Positions 10,981 to 22,662 of a stretch of DNA of 37,095 nt are shown here, piece after piece. Origin of the DNA: Pelomyxa schiedti (lineage: Eukaryota; Protista; Evosea); contig JAHLWZ010000965.1 of NCBI GenBank assembly GCA_020536535.1, positions 1-37,095 on the forward strand, given 5' to 3'. Positions within the stretch are counted from its first letter, which is position 1; every line of letters begins with the position of its first letter. Under the pieces are notes generated by a model that worked only from the letters and a program-made list of their open reading frames with translations, did no database searches and had not been told where the DNA came from. The position numbers and the translations under genes were made by a program.

Positions 10981-11896
10981 CTCTCGTAAAACAATCGAAT
11001 GCAAACAGCAAAATGATAAAATTATGAAAATGCCTTCAACTGCAGGCTTTTATATTCGAGAAAACATTTGCAACTGAACCGTTTAAAGCACTCCCCTGCT
11101 CATTGTAAAGAGGAAATTTCTCTCTAAACTCAAATCCTAAAGATCTAAATCTCAGGGAGCCAAAAAAAAAAAAAAAAGAAAAGAATACAAACCTTCTCTG
11201 CCAACCAACGTAAGTCCCACAATAACAACTTCTGGACCTGATAGTCTCAGTAACCTTTCACAAACAAACAAAAGCCTCACCTCTCTAAGATCTTAGATGG
11301 GTTATTTTCCATAAGCCAGCATTTCCAATAAACGTGATTGACGTATATACACGCAAATAGATTTCAAAAAGCAGCATTACAAATAGACGTGAATACGCAA
11401 ATTACATAGTTTTCCAAAGATCGTAAATAAAAACGACCATACACTCGAGTAAGGCAACATTGCTGTGAGTTAAATACAATCACAGAGCAGAGACTTGCCT
11501 TGCCTCTATTTGCTGAGATCCGGAGATGATATCCCAAGCCAACAAACATTCAACCGGGTTGTGTTTTTTTGCTTTCCTGCATCCTTCCAACTCTTCAGTA
11601 ATCCCCATCACCTCCCACAAGAATCCACTTCCCACACACACGACCGTTCTGCATCTTTTTCCTTTACCACGACACTCCACATTGATTGGAGTCGTACGGG
11701 CCAGGAAAATCAAAATAATGATTGATTGCTCTTATGTTTATTGGGTTTTTTTTGTGTGGCCTGCCTATCTTTTCTGGTTACAATGATCACCACCCTCAAA
11801 TCCCTTCAAAAAACTGGGAAGCCGTTCTGATGGCAAGTGAAGGTTGCTAGGAAGATAGAACAACAGAAAAAATTTTCTCACTTAGTTTCTTTTGTG

Positions 11897-13433
11897 TTAC
11901 TCTCCACAGAGTCCAGTGAGGGGATTTGATTGAGTTGTTGATGGTGTAGCTTGTGCTGTGGTTTTGGCTGTCCGTGCGGCCTGTATCTTTGTGAGCCAGT
12001 TGGCTGATCGATTCTTTTGTGATGTGAGTACACTTTCATTGACCACATTTTGTTGAGCCACCAGGTTCTTGGTACCCAAGTTACACGGCAGAAGCAAGTC
12101 CAACGTTTCACTTGAATTTGTTGCTGGAGAAGATGATGGTGCGGGGGTGGATGATGCCGATTTGGATGAATCAGGTTTGCCGGGGATGATTGTTGAAGTA
12201 TTCGGGGTGGTACTTTGTGCTGCTTCATCGTACTGTTCCAGAATCTGCCGGCGGAGAACTCTGCTTGGTGGGGGCTTGCATCCTGGTGGAAGTTGAGTGC
12301 AACTCGGTGGTTGTGCCTTGACTGCTGCCATTTTGGATGCAAGGATGTGTGTTGAAACAGGGCCAAAAATGGCATCCTCGTGCGAAAGTTCGGCAGCGGT
12401 CAGAGTGGGAATACCGTGAGTACCGTGTAACTTGGAAGGGAGTTCAAAGTCATCTTCGGCATCTATCAGTGATTAATGAGAACCCTTGTGGAGAGAAGAA
12501 TGAACAATACCAAGTAGAGTGTCATTTACATGTGGTCTTTCATCTAATGGTGCATTGGAATTCAAGTCGAACCTGCGAGTAAAGGAAAGTATAAGGGATT
12601 AAAAAAAAAGTAATTGCATAATGCCTTTCCCAACCACGATCACTACTTTTTACGTTGGGAGTAGTTGCATCCTCAGATGTTTCTTTAGAGGTATTGTTCC
12701 GTGGACCATCTGCAACTTTCCCCTCACCAAGAGTACTTGCCTTTTGTTGGTGTAAAAGTGTGCTGTCAAAGGCAGCTTTTTTTTTTTTTGTTAGAGGGAA
12801 AACCCGATTGAAAGTACTGCAAGCTCTACTCTACATACAAACTTTACATAGCTGCAGTTGCATTTTTTCTTTTACCCTCTGGGCTGGAGTCTGAAAAGTA
12901 TGAGTGAATGTGGTGAAATGGTAGGAAAACAACAACCATATTATCATACCCAGGGATCCCATCACGTAGTTTTCTTGATGTGAAATTAGTAGGAGGCCCA
13001 CCGGAATGCTGTTTGGTTCAAACCTTGTGTGTGGTGCCTTTGTTCCACTACAATCAGACTCAGAATCAGAATCTTGTCTTCCAGTCATATCCCTGACCAC
13101 CTTTTGGTCACCACAAATAGGAGCCAAATAAAAACAAAAAAAAAAAAAAAAAAAAAAAAACAAATATAACAAGCCAGCCAAGCACCTTCCAAATTCGTCC
13201 ACGAGCACCTCCTTGTTCCCATCATCGCCTTTCGGGTTCCTGCGGCCGCCACGCCCGGCCCCTACCGCCGCCTCGTTGTGCCTCGTACTCTTCCTCCCGC
13301 CGCCCCCGGTGTTCGCTGTGCCCCTGCCCGACGCTTGCGGCTCCTTCCGTGCAACCCCTTCGCCTTGCGCCACCCTGGCCCTCTTGGGTCGTGGCGGCAC
13401 TGCCCCTCCTTGTCCCCTGTCTCGAGTCGCCAT
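11897..13433 (-). CDS. Conserved hypothetical protein (basic N-terminus; TPAQRVKEKMQLQL / GWERFD..APLD / HEDAIFG motifs)
   Basis: The multi-exon chain includes a GC-AG intron at 12573-12624. The motif series resembles, from memory, an uncharacterised eukaryotic (plant-annotated) family. The N-terminus has NLS-like PRPKRAR. Confidence 0.65.
12573..12624 (-). other. GC-AG intron
   Basis: Minus strand reads TGG GAA AG|GCATTA...CTCGCAG|G TTC GAC, restoring GWERFD. The segment contains no GT. Confidence 0.75.
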
Positions 13434-13560
13434 TTTGTTTCTTCTAAAGGGATCTGATGGGAGGGTATGGGTATTACCCACAAAACACTTTTATGTAATT
13501 GCTTTTTTATTCAGATTGGCCAAATACAACAGACAACTGTCAAAGAATCAGACGCAGCTA

Positions 13561-15698
13561 TCAGTGGAAACTGCGCATAGTATCCGCACGGGATGAGGTT
13601 GTGTAGGAAGTAAGGCTGTCATAGCCGTACGAGGTGACACGCTGCCTGTAGTGCCCGGTGCCACACGTAGTCATGGTGCTGTGCCCATATGAGGTATAGG
13701 AACGCCTGTCTTGTACTCCAGCGAGGCATGTCTCCAGGTCCTTCACTAGACTGAGGCAGAATGCATCCTCCCCTTATGTTATGGTTGGTTGATTTGGTGT
13801 GTGGAGGTAGTTTTTAGAATGTGTGAAGTTACTTGAAGCTGACTCCTTAATTCTGCTTATGGCATCTGATAGAGTTTTCCTAGATTGGTCCAGTTGATTG
13901 TCGTTGGCTAGTCTGGTGGCAACTTCCATAGCTTCAGCTGCCAGCAACCTCTGAAGTGGTGTAAACGAAAGAAAGAACGCGAGTTTGCTACATTTCTCTG
14001 AATGTCAAGCTTGAGGTTGATTTTTTGGTCTAGCGGAGCCTCGACAGGTCGGCGTACACTACATACACACACTTTGGTTTCTTGTCTTCCTTGCACCACA
14101 TCTCGATATGTCACGTTTATGGACAAAAGCTGATGTTGTTCAGTAGGCTCCAGCATCGCCGGGATTTTCAACTGTGTGATGATTGTCAAAAAAGGAAGTT
14201 ATTTGGTAGAGCGTACTGAAACAAGGATATCTCTGTGCTCCTCGGCTTGTATATCCGCAAGAGCAAGTTCGTAGCTGGTATTTGGTGTTATTTCTCTAAC
14301 CTCGAAGCCTGTAAGAATCTTCTGAATTTGAGATCCATTGACTAAAGCCTGGTCAGAAATAAAAGGGGTTCAGTTTAGCATACTTGCATCAAATCTCAGA
14401 GTCACATTTTGTGCACAAACACTGAGAAGGCCGCCAAGACAATTTGCAAACGATTCTACAATGCGCGGTTCTGCCTCAACATAATAGAAAACACCGTTCC
14501 CAGCTTCGGCAATCTACACGAGGAGAACGATGAGATGCATTAACTTGGAATTGGGAAAACCTTCTTCAGCAAGGTAGGGTCGTGGTCTGAACCAAACCCA
14601 AAAGTATTCACAGTGCAGGGAAGTATTGTTTTAACAACCTAAGAAACAAGTCAGCGAGGAATACTAATTAGTTGCTAACTACTTTCTCTCTGTTGGATCG
14701 GTTGTAGTTCGGATTGTGCATGAAATTGATAATGTCACTCTCAGATGTTAGCCCTACATTGGCAATTCCATCAGTGAAAACAATGATACTCGCCCTGTAG
14801 AATGGTATTGATATGTGATGCAGTTCGAAATGAGTAGCATACACTTCACTGCGCTTATTGGTACGCATTTGGTTCAACCCAGCCCCAATTCCCCCAGCAA
14901 GATTGGTTGAGCTACCAGCAACTAACCTACCAATAGCCCTTTTTGCGTTCTCTACACCTGTCTTGATTGTGAGATTTACCAATTAAGCCAAGCACCTGAA
15001 CTGACCTTCAGTATCAAGGGAGGTAAGAGGGAGTTCGACAGCTATGTTGTCATCAAAAGAAACAATGGATATCCTATTTGTGGAACTAGATGAGATTTGA
15101 TTGATGTGTCGTGTCCTTGTACCTATCAGTGGGGAGTAAGTGTTCAACAACATGAACCATTGTCTTCTTCACAAGTTCCAGTTTTCCTCCTTCCATACTA
15201 AACAAATAAACGAAGTATTAGCAACCAATGCACAAAAGGAAACGTGATTAAAACTCGCCTCCCACTACGATCAATCACAGCAACAAGGTCAATCGGTGCA
15301 CGAACAGTCGGCTGTACAAGAGGTTAAATTTTGCAAGAACGCATGTAATAAGGATACAAAGTAAGAATGACAAAAAGGGGTCAAAGAGAGAGGTTGCTAA
15401 CCTTCCACTGAGGAGCAACCAAAGAAGCCATCACAACCAATTCACGCTCAGTTGGGTAAGTCACGGCCTGCAGCTCAGGCGTCGACTCCAAACTCAAACC
15501 ACTGTCCACAGGCGCCGCAGTGCTCGTTGTGCTCGTAGTCGAAGTAGTTGCAGTCGTAGTCGCAGTTGCAGATGACGTAGGCGACGCGGAACTGGGCGCA
15601 GACACGGCTGTGGTTTGTGGTGGCTGTTGCACTACAGTAGTCTCGTCCATCGTGAGATCTATCACCGGTATACCGCCAGGCGCTGTTTCGGATGACAT
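13561..15698 (-). CDS. von Willebrand factor A domain protein (APIDLVAVIDRSGSM type)
   Basis: MIDAS motif VIDRSGSMEGGKL, RISIVSFDD, STNLAGGI, IIVFTDGIANVG, NTFGFGSDHD, IAEAGNGVFYYVE, FANCLGGLLSV, LADIQAEEHRDILV, and a C-terminal helical region. Confidence 0.9.
15198..15258 (-). other. GC-AG intron splitting the vWA MIDAS DxSxS codons
   Basis: Minus strand reads GAT CGT AGT GGG AG|GCGAGT...TTTAG|T ATG GAA, giving DRSGSME. Only the GC donor restores the motif. Confidence 0.85.
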
Positions 15699-15906
15699 GT
15701 TGCTACTATGAGGGACGGTTTTTTTTTAATTTTTTTTTACTTGGTTTGAAATTTTTCACTTTGGGATGACAAATCGAGATCTTGAAACTAAAATGGCAAC
15801 CAAGTTGCTTGGTTGGGGTAATTTGTTGGTAGGTAGTGGACAAAACCAGTCTCTGAGTCTGTCACTTGTGTCGTTGTCTGCGTTGTAGTTGTGATTCTTG
15901 AGCGAG

Positions 15907-18900
15907 TCAAGAGTGGGAGTCCTTAAGTAGAGAGGCTAACATTCTTGTGGTCTCTGTGATGTAGTTGGGTCTCTCTACATAATACGCCTGGAGTGATACT
16001 TTGTTGCCAAGTGTTGGTTGTGCAGACTGGAATTTATGTTGTGAGTGAGTATTGATGTCGGTGGAGTGGATAAGAACCTGATGTGGAACCATTGCCCAGG
16101 CGTATACTATGAATAGGGAGTTACTACACAGGTCCACAGTGTCGAGATAGTCCAGGGTTCTATTGTATATTTCGTCATAGGCGTCTGCTGGATTATACAC
16201 TTGGGCTTTGTTCACGATATGACTATGTGACCCTGTGTGCCGTTTGTGAGAGTTCCATGTGTTGGTTTGTTTTGTCGCACTTACACTCAAATGACCCTTT
16301 GGAGTGGCAGTATACAAGTATTTCCTCCTGTACTCTTCCACTCCTTTCAGTTATTTGAAGAAACGTCTAAAACGTACTCCTTTGATATTGAGAGTATAGT
16401 CAATGTTGACTCTTCCTCACAATGGAGGTATGCCGTGTTAGACCCATCATCTAATATACAGAGACTTTTCCAATGGGTAGTTCCACCGCTTTGTAGTTTA
16501 GAAGTGTGGCAAGCAAGGGTATAATTACAGCAATAAAACCACCTGTAAGATACAGTGACTCGTATTGGCGTGACTGTAACAGAGTTGATTCTAACGGTTA
16601 CTTGTGTGAACTTGGTGCTTAAGCTTTTACTTAGCTCAAGTAATGAAACAGTGGGTAAATTCTCTAAGAGCCTGAATGGAACATCACGCAACACGTAACT
16701 ATGTGGTGACATACTGTTTATCCATTTCATTGGGAACAACCTCACAGGGTGTTTGTCCTCTGAGAATGGGTGTGAATCGCGTTCTGTCAAGGCCCTCATA
16801 AGACAAAAAACTTTCCTATTGGTAGAACAAAAACACATAAAACTGCAAGAATAAAACTGGTGGAAAGACGAAAGAGCAAGTGGGATGGAAGAGTAATTAC
16901 ATCATTAAAAAACATCTTGATCAAACTGGCTTCAATATGTTTTGTGCACTTGAAGAATGTCACAATAGATCCGGGAACCTAATGAGGCACTTGATTTGTA
17001 TGCACAATCAAAAGAGAAAAATTACCAGTCCGGTGGGGTGTAAAGATAGAGGGATCTTCATTGAGATGAGGTGAGGCTGTGAAACATCTTGGATTGTCAA
17101 CAGAGAATTCTGATTATTCTCTGAGAATTGTGTTGAAGACGGGACATGGAAGACTTACTGAAGGGAAGAGGGCTTTGGATATGAGGGTTCCTCTGAAGGA
17201 GAACAGTTCAGTATCAGGGCCGGCCATACTGAGAAGATCACGAACGCTGCGGTTTGAGTGTTTAGATCTTTCTTCCTCCCTCTTTGTTGTGGTTACTTAT
17301 GAATAGTAGTGTGCTGGGCCGCCAGTGATGCCTCCTCCATACGTGTCAGTGACACTTTGTGCGAGGTTTCGTGTATGCACAAGTGCGGCGTCATGTCTTC
17401 AGCGGATACCAAGGAAGCAGCTTCAATGCTGGCTGCATTAGGTCAACGGGAAGAAAAAAAACTTACAGAGAAAGGTTTACATGGCGGGATTATAGTAATA
17501 ATCGAGGAAGAAGATTTGTTCACATCACGGGCACCCTTGATGGAATAATAATTGTTTGGCTTGATGAATACATAATGGCCAGTATCCCTGCCAGCAAAAT
17601 TTAGAGTAACCTGGGGGAAAAAAATTAGGATTTTTGACATTTATCTCCTACTAGGTAATCACACCGATTCGTTGTGTTTTTCGTGTTGTCCTTGGTTGTC
17701 AACTTGTATGAGGTGACCCAATACAGAAAATCCATTGTGTGAAAGGCGTTTGTTCTTCGCCTAAAGAATGTGTGTTACCGATAGGATGTTACCCAAAAGA
17801 ACTCTTTACCAAAAGAATGAAAGAAGAAGAGGCGGGAACTTCATCATCCTTGTGAGTGAACGGAAGGTCGACTGATGTGTGACTAAAGTGCAGGCTATCC
17901 GCCATCATAAATTGAATGATGTGACGAGGATTTGTTTCACAGATGAAATTAAATCTATCGCTTTGCGTTAAAGCCTGTATTGAGACTCAGCTTACTTATT
18001 AACAATGCACAATTTCCCCAGATGATGTGGAAGAGCGTCCGGTACAATGGCAGGAAGACGGTTGACATTATCAAATAGAGAAAGGGATTTTAAATCGGCA
18101 CTCATGACCAAAAAGCCGGCCGTCCACACTTTCTGTTCCAAATCCTCATCAGTTATCACTGGCACAATTATTAAGGAAAAAAAAAAAAAGAATAGCTGAG
18201 AACCTTGTGATAGGGACTCGGCCAAAATATTAGTTTCTACAGTTTTCATCAATTCACAGAGTGAAACAAATTTTGGTGGTTGTTTACTAAAACCACTGCT
18301 TCTAAAAAAAAATTAAAAATGGGCAAGAAAAAAACAAGCCTTACATTGTTGCACATATGTTTCCTCCCACATGATGACTTATGAACTGGTCGTATACATC
18401 TCTGATGAGCTGCACAGCACCAAGATGTCTGATGATCTCTTGCATGTGTCCCTTCTGTCCCAGTGTCAGAAGAAAAATGTTGAAGTGTAAAACGAACCAT
18501 GTCAGTGGAACCAAGAAGCTCATCTAAAGATAAACTTGGGAATTGAGATGAAAAAGACTGGAATGACTCGTTGAACCTTATTTTACCAACTTGTTATATT
18601 CCACAGAGTTAAGCAGTCACAAAATACCAAATTGAGTCTGGGATGCTCAGGTGTTCCATATAGGGAAAGAGGCGGCTTGAAGAGTGGATGATTGGATAAA
18701 AGCACTCTGTACTGCTGGAAAACCTGCCAACGGAGATATGGCCATAGATGCAAAATCCAAATCCCTGCATTTATTTAAGTGCACTGATATCTCAAGGGAG
18801 CCGTACAATGAATTTGCCATTATAAATGATTGGATGTGTGTTGTGCAAAGTGATCCTGGCACCATTCCTCAATCCCCTTTTTTGTAGGAATCAATCATTG

Positions 18901-20472
18901 CTAGGTGATATCTGGTGAAGTGGTAGGGGCCAAACCTTCCCCTTGTCCAGTGGTGTTGCAAAAAAACTTTGACACTGCCGTCCAACTGAAGTATAAAACC
19001 CTAAGTTTGAACCGTTACCTTGGGGTTAATCCTCAAGATGGCACACGTGCTGACGGCCAGTGATTGTACCACAGTAGCTCACAACTTCAATCTCCCTCTC
19101 TTGCTGCGTTTCCCACATTGAAGTGTACTCATGAAGTTGAGCAAATGACAAACAAGGAGCTGTGTTGGGATCTTCAGGTGATATGGAGGTAGTAAGCATT
19201 GTAGATGATGCCGAGGACGAGGCCATTACAGAGGAATTGGAGATAATTGCCTCACTTTCAGTTGAGTGCATATGTTGTGGCTGGTATACAATAGAAACAT
19301 GTGGTCGAGTAGATGGATGAGCAACAAGAATGAATCTCTCCCTCCTTGTTTTGGGGAACATCTTTGTATTGGCAAGGTTAGAAATTATAACCTCTTGCCC
19401 CTGGCTTAAAAATGGACGCCATCGCACACATTCCTTTTCAACAAAGAGTATAGCCGTAACACAATCACTGTGGGAGGGAGTCACTGAGGGAGGAGAAAAA
19501 GAAAGGAAAGGAAACCCATGTGTCAATTCAATAAAAGAAAACGGGTTGTACGGCGACCGTTGGTTCTTCACTATGATGGCACTGAGAGCACTAATAACCC
19601 CTCTCAATGTAAACAAATTTTTTCTGTTACCTCTAAGTTTATGCACGAAAATAGAGAACACATACATTGTACTTGCAGAACCACTTTGAGTAATATGGTT
19701 GGCGAAGTCTGAAACTGTCATGACATAGTTTCTCTCCAAGAAAGGACTTTCAACCAGGCAACAGGAAATTGGTTTCCAGTCCTCTTATTTGATATAAGAT
19801 TGTGTTAAATTGGGTTCTGCAGCAAAATCAGAAGGAGAAATCTACCAGCTTCAATGTACGGGAGATAGAGGCGAGATTGTGACTTTACAGCAGATATGTT
19901 AAGTCTCCATCTACGCACAAGCAGCATAGTCTCATGCATATGAGGCGGTGGTGGATCTGTAAACAGTATAGGTATACTCCCTGTCTGATCTTCCAGGCAC
20001 AAGTCACACGTGTCATCTGTGTTAAGTTTAAATAAAAATAAATACCTCAAACAAACAAACAAACAAACAAACAAAAAAAAAAAAAAACCAAACCTTGTGC
20101 CACCAATTTTGCTATCAACGGGGAAGTAATGTCACCGACTTTGGACGAGCTCAAAGACGACAGATCTTTTACAGTGGGCACATTCCAATCAGGCACACTT
20201 GCCTCAGTCCCCCAGTCCTCAGGCACGCAGTACTCCAGAATCGCCCCTGCCGCCAATCTGAACGACTCCTCACGGTCCATTGGGAACTTTTCCTTGATCT
20301 TAGCCCACACTTTGGCCCAGGTCTTGTCCGGGGCCCCGGCCCCTCGCGGTCCATTTCTTCTCATCGTGGATCCTGGCGACCGGGGAATCAGTCCTCTTAC
20401 CAAGGCCCACTCGGACATCGACAGCGACGTGTTCGTCCCTACTTCGTCTTTCTGTGGTCTCCCATCGTCCAT
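15907..20472 (-). CDS. CTC1: CTC1-like multi-OB-fold subunit of the CST telomere complex
   Basis: Large multi-exon gene with CTC1-style OB-fold motifs: LCLEDQTGSIPIL..LVRRW..YIEA, LRGVISALSAII, WRPFLSQGQEVIISNL, VVSYCGTITG, and C-terminal CILDDGSNTAYLHC. Exon boundaries are only partly resolved. Confidence 0.7.
20047..20072. repeat. (CAAA)n tetranucleotide microsatellite followed by poly-A, in the first CTC1 intron
   Basis: Directly visible: caaacaaacaaacaaacaaacaaaca followed by an A-run. Confidence 0.85.
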
Positions 20473-20660
20473 TCAGGCAATAGAGTAGGGTATTAGAGAT
20501 TAGAAATCCTCGTCACGCGCCCATCAAATCAAACAAACAAAAACCTGTAGATCCGTTGCTCCAATCACATCCCTTGAGAGGAATTCCCTGCGCCAAACAC
20601 ATCAAAAAATAAAAAAATAAGAAGCTGACAGAGAGGAAGAAGGCGCCGCGCCGTCTGGGT

Positions 20661-22503
20661 ATGTCTACCGGAAACACGACAGACAACGTGCCTACAACGA
20701 CCTGTGTTAAGCGGGAGGAGACCCCACCGGGGCCAATCGGGACCCCTGCCGCCGACGTCCCGTTGGCGGCCGTTACTGACGCTACTACGATGTCGTCTAC
20801 GCCCATTACGGTGCCGCCACCGCCGCCAATTGCCTTAGAATCAACTACACCTACAACGACAACTACAACGACAACTACAACTAGTGGTGCCGTTGTGGCG
20901 GGGGAAAGTGGGGGCGACGGTGCCAACGGCAACAACAGCGGTGGGACTGGCAGCAAGCGGAGATCGAGCGTGCCGTGCCACCGGTGTAAGAATGACCACT
21001 TGTTGGTGCCGTACACGTGGGACGAGCTGCTGGAGGAGAGAGACGAGTACCGGGATGGGATGGAGTGCAGCGTTTGTTTCAGCCACATCAGCAGGAACCG
21101 CGTGGAAGTACCCACTGTTTTGCATTGCACACCCGTATCATGCCCTCTCTTTTTTTCTTCGGAACACACATCACATTTCTTGATTGCCTTTTGTACACAA
21201 ATTCTAATGTTCTATACAGTGTGACTTCTCCTTGTGTGCTGCTTGCTCAAAACCGGGGAATAAGCCAGCAACACCACCGGCAACACCAAAACATTCAAAG
21301 TCAAGTAACACGTCATTTGAAGCTGTAACTGAAACAGTGAATGACACCCCCAGACGCCGCAAACACAAGAAAGATTCCAGCAAGCCCTCTCGGTCCGAAA
21401 GAGTTAAATCTCCTCCTGAAAAACGAAGTAGAGCTTCTCGTCAGTCGGCCTGTGCACAGCGCACCAGTGGCGATGTTATACAAGTTACATTATCTATGTA
21501 GCACCAATTGTAATTCACGAACAGATCCAAGACACTATAAAAAGGGAAATCGAACAGGAATTTGATACAATGGCTAAGACAGTCAAAAAAAAGCTTGAAG
21601 AAAAAAAAAGAGAGCTTGTTTCCCAAGTCTCATCAAACTCCCAAGTATGTACCAAAGGACAGTTTAGTCTTTCTAATAGTTCCTTTACTTTCACGCTAGT
21701 TATCCTTTGATCCATTTGGAAAATTAAACACCTGTGACGGCGTGCGTAAACAGAAGGTAATCACTGTTACTACCATATAAACTTGTTGACTTGAAAAAGC
21801 TCTTGTCAATTAAAGACCGGTTTTATGCTGTAATGGATGAAACCCTTGCTCTCTTTTCTATACACCGAGGTTACTTTGCTTATTATCCTCTCTGCTAACA
21901 ACATAGCAGGTGTACATCTCTTTGACATCCCGGTTATGATTTTGAAACAAATAATCGAATATCTTCCTGACGACTGCCTGCAAAAAGTCCGCACAGTATG
22001 CAGAACCTTACGACATATTGTTCACAATGGTACCATTAAAACATAACCCACTATTATTAAGACGATTAGTTGTGGCTTGCACTGTATCAGGCAGTATATT
22101 GATTGGAAATATCCGCAACTCGATAAAGGATCCAGTACACAACGCACCTACAGTCCGCACACTAACCGGAGGACTAGTATCACGAACAATGGACTTCACA
22201 CTCAGAGCCAGTTTCAAAAAGAGCAAGGGCGTACTCGTTACCATCTGGATAAAGGAGAAGAAGCTCTATGTGTCAGACAAGAAAGTCACCTTTTCTTTCC
22301 AAAGGAGCAGTGAATGCCCAGAAGTTCTGCTGACCAAAAACAAGCACTTCCAACGGAGTCACCTAGCAACACTTGCAGCCGAGAACGCCGGCTACGGCTG
22401 GTTTTTATCCCTGCCCCTAATTGCAGACCGTGACGCCTTTGTGGTGGTGTACACTATTCAAGACACCTCAATCGGACAAGGTGGCTCGTACATGAAACAT
22501 TGA
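20661..22503 (+). CDS. ZZ-like zinc finger + coiled coil + F-box + MATH-like beta domain protein
   Basis: One frame through six GT-AG introns: CHRCKNDH..CSVC..HCTP|CDFSLCAAC, then coiled coil IKREIEQEFDTMAKTVKKKLEEKKREL, F-box LFDIPVMILKQIIEYLPDDCLQKVRTVCRTLR, and C-terminal ...GYGWFLSLPL..FVVVYTI. Confidence 0.7.
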
Positions 22504-22662
22504 TCAACACTCAACAATCCGTTCTAAAAACTCCTCCAACTGTATTCCTTTGTGACATGAATGAACATAACAGCTTTTAAGTTGTGAAAGGGCTACGCAA
22601 AAAAAAAAAAAAAAGTTTTTAGAAAAATAGGGGGAAAGGTTTACAAGTACAAGAGGGAGTGA

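Noticed and set aside
13200-13430. GC-rich patches (also ~20700-21100) as foreign insertions
   Set aside because: They are first exons of intron-containing host-type genes, so high GC alone is not evidence of transfer here.
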